A stretch of 64,000 nt of DNA, taken from NCBI GenBank assembly GCA_964188305.1, contig OZ076893.1; one strand, written 5' to 3'. The stretch's first letter is position 1. Each line of letters opens with the position of its first letter. The stretch comes from Podarcis bocagei (lineage: Eukaryota). Positions 1 to 13,199 of this stretch are shown here, one piece after another. The notes below the pieces were generated by a model. That model made no database searches. It saw only the letters and a program-made list of their open reading frames with translations, and was not told the DNA's origin. A program made the translations under genes and the position numbers.

Positions 1-963
1 AGACAGAGGAGCTTTGAGTGGGTCTCCCTAAGGCTGGATAACTGGTCAGTTGTGTGCGTTGGGTGGGGTCCTCCTGAATGAGTAGGTTCATAGTCAGGGG
101 GTGCTACTATATCAATATTGTCACCTGCTAACACCTTTTCTTTCTCAAAGCCAATGTTGTTGTTTTTTAGGAGGAAGGAAGAAACTAACAAGAATAGGAG
201 AGCAAAAGCTCTGGTTTCTAATCAAACACTAAAAAACCCTATCTGTGTTTGTTTTGTTTTCGTTTGACGCACTTTGGTTTATGTTTGTGTTCTACAGGAC
301 AGCTGAGATCATTGTCAACTCATTGGTTTATTCTGATTTATTGGGGGGGGGATCCCTTCTAATAAAACTGAAAAAAGCAAGAGATCTGTGATTGGGTAAA
401 ATTATCTGTTACATTTTGAGATTATATCTTTGGCATCAAAGCAGAAATCACAGATATCAGTAACAATTGCCCATGTTTCTATCAGGGAAATGCAAAATAA
501 GATCAATGGGATATCAGTGCTGGAATATCCGTACCGTAGTTCTGGTTTCCATTCTATGAAGCTTCGTCAAGTTTCTCTTTTAGTACAGATTATTTCCAGA
601 CAAAACAGTGCAACAGTCACTGTAGTAAAACCCCTTAAAGGAAAAGCCACTGAAGAGGTAATTCAAAAATAGAAAGGAAAAAAGAAATGCTGGCACATAA
701 ATTGTGGAAGCAGATCCTTGTATACAAGGAAAGTTGCACTTGGAGAAACACAGAATCATATCAGAGGAAATTCCCACCCCAATGCCAAGTCCTGCAGGAA
801 AGAGAGAATCCCCAATATATGACTGTCCAGGCTCTGCTTGAATAACTGCAGCAAAGCAGCTCCATTGCTGAGCACCTCTTAGCATTGGGATGTTTCTCCT
901 TCACATTCCGAAATATAATACCCAAACTGCTGTTCTATTTTCAAGTAAATGAGAAAAATCCCT

Positions 964-1004
964 TGTAGTTCTCCATCTGAGCCTCAGGGTGTCACTGTTG
1001 GCCA
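964..1004 (+). promoter_or_regulatory. Pcdh promoter conserved sequence element (CSE, CTCF site) of V1
   Basis: tgtagttctccatctgagcctcagggtGTCACTGTTGGCCA, about 255 bp before the ATG. The same motif and spacing recur before every exon and match the CGCT-box CSE with its upstream TGCAG module. Confidence 0.85.
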
Positions 1005-1258
1005 TTGTGGCAGCCAGACTGATAAAAGATCCACGCATGTGTTTCCTAAGGAGCAACTGTTTAATCATTGCTGTGCAAGTTGGACAAGCAGCACATCACA
1101 AAGACAGAGCAATCCTGCTAGAAAGGAAAAGAAAATTCAACTACTTTCTGTAAACATTAAGAAGAAAGGCAGCTTATTTTTCCTTATGGTGATCGTGCAC
1201 CTTGAAGGGGCTTTGATCTGATCTGCAAAAGGAAGCAGCTAATTTGTTGTAAAGCCAG

Positions 1259-3679
1259 ATGGACAGAAGACACGACGACAATGGCAGAGCGCTCAGAAGG
1301 CAAGTACTGCTTCTCTTACTTTTGTCGCCTTCCTGCTGGGCTGCCTCAGAGCAGATTCGTTATTCTATCCCTGAGGAGATGGCAAAGGGTTCGATTGTGG
1401 GGAATCTTGCCAAGGATTTGGGACTGAATACAAGAGATCTTGCAAAGCGCAATCTGCATGCTGTCTCTGTGAACAAAATGCAGTTTTTCAGTATTAATGC
1501 AGAGAATGGAAACCTCTATGTAAGTGACAGAATAGATAGGGAGCAGCTATGTGACATAACTCCCATTTGCGTAGTAAATTTTGAAGTGGTAGTTGAAAAT
1601 CCCCTCAATATCTTCCATTTAACTATAGCAATTCAGGACATTAATGATAACGCGCCACTGTTTCCCAATGATAACATCAACTTGGAGACAAGTGAACTTA
1701 CTGTACCAGGCGCACGATTTCTCCTTGGGAAAGCTGAAGATCCTGACATTGGGATGAATTCGCTCCAGAATTACCAGTTGAGCACCAATCGGTACTTCAC
1801 TTTGGAAGTTAGAGAAATGGAAGATGGAAGTAAAAATGCAGAACTGGTGTTGCAGAAATCTTTGGATCGGGAAAGTGAGCACTCTCTTCACTTGATCCTT
1901 ACAGCCTTGGATGGGGGGGAACCCAGAAAAACGGGGACTGCCCAGATATGGATTAATGTCACAGATGCCAATGACAACCCACCAGTTTTCACTCAAGAAG
2001 TGTACAAGGTCAGTGTGCATGAAGAAGCTCCTGTTGGGTCCTTTGTGCTCCAAGTTGTAGCCTCTGACAAAGATGATGGTTTAAACGCCCAGATCAGATA
2101 TGAATTCAGCAACATTCCAGTGAATGGACAAAAGAAATTTGGCCTGGATCCAGTTGATGGCATAATCTCCCTTCTGCAGATGTTGGATTTTGAGGAAACA
2201 AGAAGATATACTATGACAGCAGCAGCAAAGGATGGAGGTGGATTGGTGACACACTGCAACATTGAAATAAATGTTCTTGATGGGAATGATAATGCCCCAG
2301 AGGTGACGTTAGCCTCCATGTTCAGTCCTGTTCCTGAAGATTCGCTGCCAGGAACTGTCATTGCTCTGATCAATGTAAATGACAAAGATAGTGGAGATAA
2401 TGGAAAGGTCACTTGCTACTTACAAGATGATTTACCCTTCAAAATTCTTCCCTCATCTAACAATTACTTCAAGCTCCAGACAGACAGTCTCCTGGACAGA
2501 GAAATAGCTCCTGCATATAATATTACAATCACAGCCACTGATAAAGGAACTCCACCTCTTTCCACACACAAAACAATCTCACTACAGATCTCAGATATCA
2601 ATGATAATGCCCCTACATTTCAGAGATCAACCTACAGCATCTATGTGCCAGAAAACAATCCTTCAGGTGCCTCCATTTTCACCATCAAAGCCTCTGATCC
2701 CGATATGGACCAGAACTCACGGATTACATACTCCATCCTCAACAGCAACATTGAGGAGCTTCCCATCTCCTCCTATATCTCCATTAATTCTGAGACCGGC
2801 ACCATCTATGCCCAGAGATCCTTTGACTATGAACAATTCAGAGAGTTCCGGCTGCAAGTGAAGGCCCAAGATGGGGGTTCTCCCCCTCTCAGCAGCAATG
2901 TGACCGTCAGAGTGTTTGTTCTTGACAGGAATGATAACAGCCCTCGTATCCTGTCCCCCTCACAAGAAGCCAAGGGCTCAGCCTTGTTTGAGATGGTGCC
3001 TCGTTCGGCCGAGGCAGATTATCTTGTCACCAAGGTGGTGGCCGTGGATGCAGATTCTGGACACAACGCCTGGCTCTCCTACCACCTGACTCAGGCCACT
3101 GAGCCGGCACTCTTCACGGTTGGTTCTCATACTGGAGAGATCAGGACCGCCAGGGCCTTTGTGGAGAGAGACGCTGTGAAACAGAGACTGGTCATTCTGG
3201 TGAAGGATAACGGGCAGCCGTCTCTCTCGGCCACCATGACTCTGAACCTGGTGTTTGCTGAGAACTTTCAGGAGGCCCTTCCGGAAATGAAGAGCCAACC
3301 CAGCAGCTCGGAGTATCAGTCTGACCTGCAGTTCTACTTGGTGCTGGCCTTAGCTGTGATCTCCTTCTTGTTCCTCTTGACTGTCATTCTGGCCGTTACA
3401 ATGAAGCTCCGTCAATCAGGGCATCCCAGGTTCCTACAGTGCTTTGGTCCTGTTCCCCATTCCAAGAATGGTGCCATCTTCCCACCCAACTTTGAAGATG
3501 GGACTTTGCCCTATTCCTACCAGCTGTGTCTGTCTTCTGAGACCAGGAAGAATGAGTTTGCCTTCCTGACACCCAGTGTTCAGATGGTAGACAATATTGT
3601 TAGCGGTGAGAAACCTGATGTGCCTTTTACAGGCAACAGTGGAAACAATTTTCATTCTGAAAAGGCTAAGGATGAAGAG
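1259..3679 (+). CDS. PCDHGB: Protocadherin gamma-B-like variable exon V1 (signal peptide, EC1-EC6, TM, variable cytoplasmic tail)
   Basis: ORF has cadherin motifs (PEE, DRE, DxNDNxPxF, AxDGG), the EC1 C-X5-C motif (CDITPIC), a TM helix ([20 protein letters not shown]) and the gammaB-type tail [16 protein letters not shown]. Phase-0 donor GAG|GTAAGC after 3679 (807 codons); ORF beyond it is intron read-through. Symbol is subfamily level only. Confidence 0.93.
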
Positions 3680-3789
3680 GTAAGCTTTATGGTCAGGAAT
3701 TATTTGTATTGCACCTTTGATACTCTTCCCCGCATTTCTGCAGAATTTTATATTCTATTTTAGCAGTTATGGAATAAGAGGAGATTGGT

Positions 3790-4818
3790 AAGTGGAGACT
3801 AGGAATAAAGTGACGATTCTCCTTATGGAGAGATGTAGAAAGTATGATCCTCCAAGAATCAGTATTGAGCTTTTAAACTTGTTCATAAATGATCTAAAAT
3901 TAGGAGTGAACCATGATGTAGCCAAGTTTGCTAATCCCAAATAGTTCAGAGTGGTTAAAACAAGAAGGGGTTGCAAAGAGCTCGCAAAGGATCTCTCCAA
4001 ACCACACCGAGTGAATGGACAGTAAAATGGCAAATGCAATTTAATGTGAACAAGTGTAATGTGGGCCAAAAGAACTGTTGTTTCACTTATATGCTTATGG
4101 GGACTAAACAGGAATGAGATCTTGGGGTCATAGCGAACAGTTTGATGTAGATGTTGACATAGCATGAGGCAGCTGTGAAAAAAAACAAAATAAATTTTGG
4201 AATACTGTGTATAGTTCTGGTCAACTTACCTAAAAACAGGTAAGGTGGAGCTGGAAAATATGAACCAAAATTGGCAAGGGGATGGAGCCATTCACCCTTT
4301 TAATTTACTTTGATACAGCTTAGAGAAAAGGCAATTAAGTGAAGACATGGTATAGGTGTATATAATTATGCGTTGTATGGAAAGTGTGGGTGGATAAGTG
4401 CCCCTTCCCCACATAACACTAAAACTAAGACACATCCAATGAAGCTGAATGTTGGAAGATTCAGGACAGACAGCAGAAAATACTTCTTCACACAGCCCTG
4501 AGTTAAACTGCGGAGTTTGTTCCCATGAGAGGTAGTGATGCCCACTAACCTGGGTGGTTTTAAAAGAGAAATGGACACATTCATGTACAACATTATTTTA
4601 TGGCCTGCTAGCAATGGTGTTTAGGTTCTCTCTCCATAGTTAGAGAGAGTATGTCTCTGAATACCAGTTGTGGGGAATCAGAAGTGAGGAGAGTGCTGTT
4701 GCGCTCAGGTCCCACTTTTGGGCTTCCTGCAGGCAACCAGTTGGCCACAAGGAAAATAATATTCTGAACTAAATGGGACACTGGCCTGATCCAACATGCT
4801 CTTCTTATATTTTTATGT
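3790..4818 (+). mobile_element. Degraded 5'-truncated CR1-type LINE
   Basis: Decayed RT C-terminal coding remnant (LNLFINDLKLGV..DVAKFA; WTVKWQMQFNVNKC) around 3870-4060; 3' end ctggcctgatccaac..tcttcttatatttttatg typical of CR1. Boundaries approximate. Confidence 0.75.
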
Positions 4819-6825
4819 CAATCATGTGCTTCTAATTTATTCTATCTACAGAAGTTCGGTTAGCAAGTGAAGAGACTGTGGATTTGTCTGTATTTTATGT
4901 CATAGCTATGTTTTGTGTAGATGTCAAGTTGCTGAGGCTAAGAGTTTGGGGCTGAATTCAGCCAAGGAGGTGTGCCAAATGCAGGAGGTCTGAAATGAAT
5001 GTGCACACAGAGAAATGTTGAGGATGGGACTTGTGTGTGCACCTGCACACACAAGCATGCACATATTTGTCCCAAACACCTGTGATTTTGGTGAAGACTA
5101 AGAGCTGCTCCAAAATAGTCACTTTTGTGTTTAATCTTTCTTCCAGTGTAGAAGCAGCTGCATTATTTTGCTCAGCTCTCTATCCTGAGAAAGCTTTTAA
5201 ATGAAAGTCCCATTCACAGAACGAAGCAATATGCGCATGCACTGTAAAGGTTCTACTTCTGAGGAAGACACACACACACTTGAACTATGTCACCATATTG
5301 TTCAGAATTTCATCAAAAGAATGCAATACTGATCTGGAAGTTCAGAAAATAAACACGGATCTTCTAGTCCTCCTCTGAGTGTACCAATTTACAATGCAAG
5401 GGATTAAAACATATATTGCATGCTTTCCTCTTCTACTCATAATAATGTGTTCACATCAGAGCCAAATATTCTAGACTACATTTTCCTTCTCTCTACATCA
5501 TGGGAAGAGTATAGTAAGTGATTTTACAGGACATATAGGTAGACATATAACAGTGCTAGATGATGCCTTGTCAAGTGCTGCTTTAGTATTCCACAACGTA
5601 ATCTAGCATTCCACTGTTTAGCATTCTAACCGTGATATTTTATTGCTGTGACTCTTACCTTTGTACAATAGACCACATTTCAAGCATGCAGTATTCAGAG
5701 GTTTCAATATCTCCACTTCTATAGATCTGTGAGTCCTCCAGCCAGGCAAGCAGCAATATCCTAGTTCAAGGACACATTGCCGCCAGCAAAAGTTCTTGAG
5801 GAGGGCATGGAAGAAGGCCAGTGAGGGGTTGAGGGGTGTGATCTGGGAAGGGAGGGAAGCCTATGGAAAGCCTGAGGGGTGGGGAGAGAGAGGATTCAAG
5901 TTCCCAAGAGAAACTGTAGCATGATCTTGAGTAAGCATTGTACTTTTAGTGCTGTTCTCATTATATGACTGAGTTGCATAAGTCAAGTAATGCCTTTAGA
6001 AAAGAAAAGAACTTGCCAAACATTAGGAATTTCTCCAGGTATCCCAAATCACTCACATCACTGTCAACTAACACAGCTACTTACATGACTGATTAAGTGC
6101 CTCAACTGGCAAGTAGTTGAGGAGACGATTGCCAGCAAGACAGTTGGTGCAATAGAAAGTAGAACTGTGGTACCTTAGAGGGGAAATTTTGTGTGACACA
6201 AAGATTCCAAAGGCCTTATTGCACATTTTGGGAAAATAACTTTTAAACTCAGAATTCATTAGGTCTGAGAACCACTTCCTGGGGTTAAATACGTTGATAC
6301 GTACCTATATGGATGAATAGTTTCTAACTGTCAGAAAAATACAATTGCACAACTGTACTATCAGACAAGGACACTAATCAGTCAGTTCAGTTTTCTGAAG
6401 CGCACCCCCATGAGCTATGCCAAATGTGCTGCTACGAAAGTGTGAAAGCACCGTAGGGGCAAATTAAATGACTGGAATAATTTTCAGCACCCTTGTATGT
6501 TTATTACAAAATAATCAATTTTCTCTGGTATTTTGAAGCTATCATTCCTAAGTTCTAAGGGGTAATAAGGTAGGGAAAATGACATAAATTACTTGGGAAA
6601 GGGATAATTTCTAAAATATATAATTTGCTTGTTTTCTGTAGGTCAGTTTTGTCTAATTAAGTTGAGTTGTTGCTTCTCCTAATTTCAAAACACAGAAACC
6701 AAACTCTAATTATTATTATTTTTACCATACCACAAAAGATTCTCTACCTGAGAATCTTTGTATGTAAGATTAAAAATGGCAAGAAATCCTTTACATGTTA
6801 TTTACTTAAAAGAAAAGACACATCT

Positions 6826-6866
6826 TGCAGTTCTCCATCTAAGACTCAGAGTGTCACTGTTGGCCA
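6826..6866 (+). promoter_or_regulatory. CSE/CTCF site of V2
   Basis: tgcagttctccatctaagactcagagtGTCACTGTTGGCCA. Confidence 0.85.
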
Positions 6867-7121
6867 ATATAGTTCTCATGAAGGAGTGGAGAATCCACTA
6901 CCAGATGCTTTTGCAATTTGATTGCTCATGAACAAACTACAGAGCCGGGAAACAGCAGAACACAGGTACAAAACCACTGCAAGGTATAGAAATCCAGCAG
7001 CAGCTACTGACTTCGTTCATGATTCTTTATTGAACACTTCTACAGAGTGAATGGGATTTAATACTCCTCAATTTAACTAATCACAGAAAGAAAGGATAAA
7101 GCACATTTCTCTGCAAGAGGG

Positions 7122-9542
7122 ATGGCCGGCAGACAGAAAGATAGCAGCAGATCCCTAAGAAGGCAAGTACCTCTCCTCTTATTATTCTCTCTGTGTGGTC
7201 AGATTGCCTCAGAGCACATTCATTATTCCATCCCTGAGGAAATGGAAAAGGGATCCATTGTAGGAAACCTGGCCAAAGACCTGAGATTGAATAACGGAGA
7301 AATAGGAAATGGCAATCTGCATATCCTTTCCCTAGGTAAAAAGCAATACTTTACTCTCAGTGCAGAAAATGGGAATTTGTATATAAGGGAGAGGATTGAT
7401 AGAGAGGAATTATGTGGTCAAACTGCATTCTGCTCCATCAATTTTGAAGTGGTGCTTGACAGCCCTATGAATATTTTTCATATAACTGTAGAGATCCAAG
7501 ACATTAATGATAATGCACCATATTTTGTAAATGGGGATATCAAACTGGAGACAAGTGAATCCTCCTTACCAGGCACCACATTTCTTATTGGACAAGCTGA
7601 AGATCCTGATCTTGGGGTGAATTCTCTCCAGGATTACAACCTTAGCACAAATCCATACTTTATTCTGGAAGTGAGAGAAATAGAAGGCGGAAAGAAATAT
7701 GCAGAATTAATGTTGAATAAACAGTTGGATCGGGAAAGTGAGAGCAGCTTCCAATTAATCCTTACGGCGCTGGATGGAGGGAAGCCTGCCAAAACTGGAA
7801 CAGCCAAAATATGGATCACCGTCATTGATGCAAATGACAACCCACCAGTCTTCACACAAAAAGTATACGCGGTCAAGCTGAAAGAAAATGCCCCCAAAGG
7901 GTCTTCAGTGGTCCAGGTGAAAGCCACAGATAGAGATGATGGTTCAAATGCCCAGATAAACTATAGTTTTAGTAACATCCCTGAAAGTGCTCGTCAGAAG
8001 TTCCACTTGGGTTCACAAGATGGAACAATTATAGTTAAGGAGATTCTGGACTTTGAGGAAACAGAAGGATATGTGATGGCAGTAGAAGCAAGAGATGGAG
8101 GTGGATTAGTGGCTCACTGTAAAGTTGAAATTTCACTCCTAGATGAGAATGACAATGCCCCAGAAGTGATTCTGGCCTCTTTATCCAGCCCAATCCCTGA
8201 AGACTCTGCAGTAGGAACCCTGGTAGCCCTTATCAATGTAAATGATAGAGACTCTGGAGATAATGGGAAGATTGCTTGCGATTTACAATACAATTTGCCA
8301 TTCAAAATGGTATCAGCCTCCAATAATTATTATAAGCTTCTCACAGATGCCCCCTTGGACAGAGAAAGAACTCCAGAGTACAATATCACAGTCACAGCCA
8401 CAGACAAAGGCAACCCCCCTCTTTCCACATACAAAACCATCACACTGCAGATCTCTGACATCAATGACAACTGCCCTGCCTTTGAGAAACCCTATTATAC
8501 TGCCTATGTCCCAGAGAACAATCCTTCAGGCTCCTCCATTTTCAGGGTCAAAGCCTCCGACCCAGATGTCTACCAGAATGCTCAAATCACCTACTCCATT
8601 CACAACAGCATCACTGAGGGGCTGCCTCTCTCGTCCTTCCTCTCCATTAATTCTGAGACTGGCACTATCTATGCTCAGCGCTCCTTTGACTATGAGCAAG
8701 TCAGGGAGTTTCAGGTGGAGGTGAGGGCCGAAGATGGAGGCTCCCCCCGCCTCAGCAGCAATGCCACCGTGAGAGTGTGTATTCTGGACCAGAATGACCA
8801 AAGCCCTCAGATTCTTTACCCTTCTCAAGGGGTAGAGGGCTCCTCCTTGTTTGAGATGGTGCCTCGCTCAGCAGAGGAGGGTTATCTGGTGACCAAGGTG
8901 GTGGCTGTGGATGCTGACTCTGGACACAACGCTTGGCTCTCCTACTATCTGCTGCAGGCAACAGAACCTGGGCTGTTCTCAATTGGTTCCCATACTGGGG
9001 AGATCAGGACCTCACGGGCTTTTCTGGAAAGAGATGCTGTGAAGCAGAAGCTCATCATCTTAGTCAAGGATAATGGGCTGCCGCCACTATCTGCTACTGT
9101 GAGTCTCAACCTGGTGTTTGCTGAGAACTTCCAGGAGGCACTTCCGGAAATTAGCCACCAGCCCAGTGACTCCGAGTATCAATCGGATCTGCAGTTCTTC
9201 TTGGTGCTGGCCTTAGCTTTGATCTCCTTCTTATTCCTCCTGACAGTGATTCTGGCCATTCTCATGAAGATTCGGCGATCAGGGAACCCCAAATTCCTGC
9301 AGTGTTTTGCTCCTGTTCCCCATTCAAACAACACAGTCATTTTCCCACCAAACTATGAAGAAGGAACATTGCCGTATTCCTATCAGCTGTGCTTATCTTC
9401 TGAGTCCAGGGTACAGGAGTTCACCTTTCCAACACCCAATGTTCAAACCGCAGAGAATATTTCATGCAACACTCAGTCTGATGCACCTTTGACTGCCAAT
9501 GGAGGCAATATCCTAATTTCTGAGATGGATAGAACTGATATG
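7122..9542 (+). CDS. PCDHGB: Protocadherin gamma-B-like variable exon V2
   Basis: Six cadherin repeats, CGQTAFC, TM, tail [16 protein letters not shown]; donor ATG|GTGAGT after 9542 (807 codons, phase 0). Confidence 0.93.
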
Positions 9543-9774
9543 GTGAGTTTTAATCTGAGCAGTACCTACTTTATTCATTCTTGCTGCTTTGAGCATGGAA
9601 ATTTTTAAGAATCTTTGTTGCTGATTCCATAATCTTTTTTTATACAACTAATATATTTTAATTTATTGTTTTTCAACCTGCCTTTAACCAACTAATTGGT
9701 TCAACTTGATTGAATAATCTTTCAAGTCTTATTGGTTCATAAACTGTTGGAATTGGTTCTTTTAATGATTTTTT

Positions 9775-9820
<46 letters not shown>

Positions 9821-9848
9821 GATAGATAGATAGAGATGATATAGATAT
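9775..9848. repeat. (ATAG)n microsatellite
   Basis: Direct reading of tandem atag units. Confidence 0.95.
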
Positions 9849-10790
9849 ATATTTTCATTTTACTGGAAAATATCTATGTGTTTTCTGTGTTTGTGTGTTT
9901 ATGAAAATGTGTTGCGTGGAGGAGACATTTTCCAGGAGAAATCAGGCCAAGGTGTTTTCCTGTGGTTCTTTGGGGCAAAATAAAATGAAAGGGGCTTTGG
10001 TAATCTTAAATTATGAACATGTGGGGCCTTAGAATGAAATCGCTAATTGGATGTTATGAAAGAGAAAACATCTGATATATTTCTCCCATAGTATCAGTAA
10101 TTTCCAGAGAGTACTTCAAGTATTTAGAACATGTTCACATACATTATCCTAGTCTGTAGTCTGAAATGTATTTAGTTTTAAACATTTTTATCTGCCTTTC
10201 AACTGCTAGAGCAAGCCTGTCAGGTGTGGTCCCAAGTTTTGTCAGAGGCTGCAAGTCAGAGTTCTAAAGCTGCCTAGAAAATTTGTAACTGAAGAACTAG
10301 GAATCTCACAGCTCACATTTCAGCCCCTATATGAATTCTAGTGTATCTTAATTTGGATAGCCATTGGCAAAACCAACTTAGAAAGGACAGGAAAGAATAA
10401 TTTAAATTAAGAAAAATGTAAAAGTAAAGTAGAGCTACCAACACAAAGATATATACATCCCATGTCCAGAGAGAACACAAAAGTGCAAAACTATTTGCTG
10501 TTTTGAAAAGCCTCTGCCTGGTTATTTTATTTATGATTTATGGTTATACCCTCAAAGCAGCTTGCAATTTAAAAGTCTAAAAATGCAAAAAAATGAGCCC
10601 TCAGTGAAATCATATGAATCAGTTCATTAAGATAACAATAATACTGTTAATGTTGTTGTTGATGATGATGATAACGAAGTACAGTATAGCAAAAGCAGAG
10701 CCACTGCCATTTCACCTGTCCATAATGTTCTTAATAGCTCCTGACATCAGACAATAACGTCCACATCCTATATGCAGTATCGACACATTA

Positions 10791-11138
10791 AAGGTAAAGG
10801 TAAAGGGACCCCTGACCGTTAGGTCCAGTCGTGACCGACTCTGGGGTTGCGGCGCTCATCTCGCTTTACTGGCTGAGGGAACCGGCGTACAGCTTCCAGG
10901 TCATGTGGCCAGCATGACTAAGCCGCTTCTGAAGAACCAGAGCAGCGCACGGAAACGCCGTTTACCTTCCCGCCGGAGCGGTACCTATTTATCTACTTGC
11001 ACTTTGATGTGCTTTCGAACTGCTAGGTTGGCAGGAGCTGGGACAGAGAAACGGGAGCTCACCCCGTTGCGGGGATTCGAACCGCCGACCTTCTGATCAG
11101 CAGGCTCTGTGGTTTAACCCACAGCGCCACCCGCGTCC
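10791..11138 (-). mobile_element. Sauria SINE (tRNA-derived), full length
   Basis: Minus strand starts GGACGCGGGTGGCGCTGTGGGTTAAA with B-box GGTTCGAATCC and ends in an (ACCTTT)n tail; flanked by a 12-bp TSD atc(g/c)acacatta at 10779-10790 and 11139-11150. Confidence 0.9.
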
Positions 11139-11634
11139 ATCCACACATTACAAATGAACAAAATGAAAATGAACAAAATAGATGAATACATGGAAGTTTG
11201 TCATATAAAATCTTGACTATAGATTACAGAAACTGAAAGAAACCAAAAACCTTCAATGCGGTAAAACAGTATAATAATTCTTTTCTAAGCAATGGCTTCA
11301 TTTCTTCCTGAAATTAGTTTGAGTCTTATACTTTTTGCAGTGGCTCCTCTCTTGGAACTGTGGATCCCAGAATAAAAGTGCAAGACACATAAATAGGATA
11401 AACTAAAGCCACAACATTGTTAGTGACTGATCTGTGTCTTCCGTCCCTACTTAGTTGTCTTACCTTCTGCACCTCCAGTGAGGAGTTATCTTCCACTTAG
11501 ATGAGACTTTAAGAAACCATCTCCTGCTGCCTCCCTTTGACCTGAAGAGCAAGAGTATAATATGTGTTCTTGGCTTTTTATTGCCCTTATATATTAATAT
11601 TTTGTTGTTAGTGTCTCCCACCTCTAGGCCAGAC

Positions 11635-11949
11635 TGTCGCGTATTCCACGCGGCGTTTTCAGCAAAACACTAAGAGTTCCAGGTTTTTCAGTGCAGTCCT
11701 TTTTAATGTGAGCTATATACAGGCATTTACAAAAGAAACAGTCCATACAGAGTACTTACAAACGAATACTCTCCACCACAGCACCACCACACTACAGCAC
11801 AACCACCACACCCCCTGTTAAACAGGCTTTCCTTTTTAAAACAGCCAATTACACTAATCACACTCCTGCTGAGTCACTCTGACCCAGCAAAGTATTGCAT
11901 CATCCTGTTGAAGCCTGCAGACTTATCCAGTATCCTGCGAATCCCAACA
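11635..11949 (-). mobile_element. Solo LTR (315 bp)
   Basis: TGT...ACA ends with an imperfect inverted repeat (tgtcgcgtattc / gaatcccaaca); perfect 5-bp TSD cagac at 11630-11634 and 11950-11954; TATA-like and ATTAAA signals read in order on the minus strand. Confidence 0.7.
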
Positions 11950-12220
11950 CAGACAGCAGGCTAGCACATGCAACCAGGCCTCAAGATACTCTCAGTCCCA
12001 GATCTCCTTTAATCAGTGACCCTTCAATGAATGGTTTGGGGAAACGTCTTTTCACTACCTTGATTTCTCAGTGTGTTCACCAGCCTACTCTCTGCACTCT
12101 GCCCTGATCTTGCCTGTTCTACCACCTAGTTAGGACCTAAGTACCTTGACAAAGCCAGATTGTTAACTTGCCACTCCCAACTTGGCAGTAGATAAAAATT
12201 GTCCTGTCAGAGAGCCTTGG

Positions 12221-12228
12221 TAATAATA

Positions 12229-12303
<75 letters not shown>
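12221..12303. repeat. (AAT)n microsatellite
   Basis: Direct reading. Confidence 0.95.
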
Positions 12304-12914
12304 TTGATTCTACATAGCCCCAGCAGGGACCAATCATGCCTGTAATATCTTCAGAAAGAGTGGGAGAGCACAAGTGCTGCCAGCTGCACAGAGATTCCCT
12401 TTATTGGCTGGGATGGGACATCTTTGGAGTCCCTTTGGAGAATTCTTCTCCCTCGCTCATCAAGCCTTTCTCCTAAGGAAGGAGTGGGAAAGTTCTGCAA
12501 GAGATCTGTGGTTGGGGGGAAATTGTTTTTATGTTTTGACATTATCATGGAAATATAGTAAACTTCCCAAGATTTGTTTTAAATGGAAACAGGAGATTAT
12601 ATATATATAACCTGAGATGACAATGTTGAGACTGTTGAGATTCTGGCGCTCAGGATTGTAACTTTGATAATATTATTTCCAAGATACCAAGAAAAGAATC
12701 CTTTGCTACATTGCAAGCCATTTACCCAGGCAATTAGAAAGGTTTGAAGTGTTATTGATTCCAAAACAAAGATTCCCAAATATTCAGCTCAAGTCAAAAT
12801 TCTGTAGAAATAGCTCCTGTGTAAACTTCCAGTTGCATGTTTTTCCTACTGTATAAAACTTGAATTATATCCACGTTGCATTGTCTCTTAAATTGAAAGG
12901 TTGAAAGCATCCCT

Positions 12915-12955
12915 TGCAGTTCTCCTGCTGAACCTCACAGTGCCGCTGTTGGCCA
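12915..12955 (+). promoter_or_regulatory. CSE/CTCF site of V3
   Basis: tgcagttctcctgctgaacctcacagtGCCGCTGTTGGCCA (canonical CGCT box). Confidence 0.88.
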
Positions 12956-13199
12956 ATCTAGTAGCCATACAGTGATGGAAATCCACTGATCCTTTCTACA
13001 GTGAGCTTACTTCTTTAGTGCTGTGCAGATCAGGGAACAGAGAGAAGGCATTGCTGCTCACATAAAGAAAATACAAAAATGATTTTTACAAATTAAAGAG
13101 AAAGACGGTTTATTCTTTTTTATGGAGACTTAGTGCATACTGGTGAAAATTTGATCTGGTTCTTAAAAAAAGGAAACAGCTGATTTTTCACAGAGCCAA

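Noticed and set aside
2978-3298. Recurrent 106-aa antisense ORF (MALHFRKG...) in six places, plus other short ORFs overlapping the exons
   Set aside because: Shadow frames of the homogenised Pcdh coding block; recurrence follows from nucleotide identity, not independent selection.
3680-3763. ORF extensions past the donors as real C-termini of single-exon (beta-like) genes
   Set aside because: Every exon has a phase-0 GT donor at the homologous position, and the read-through tails are unconserved in length and sequence.
12137-12373. Poly-leucine membrane-protein-like ORF
   Set aside because: Translation of the (AAT)n microsatellite.
11606-12541. Larger LTR hosting the solo LTR (tgttag...ttgaca)
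   Set aside because: No clean TSD and ambiguous ends; cannot be supported without a repeat library.
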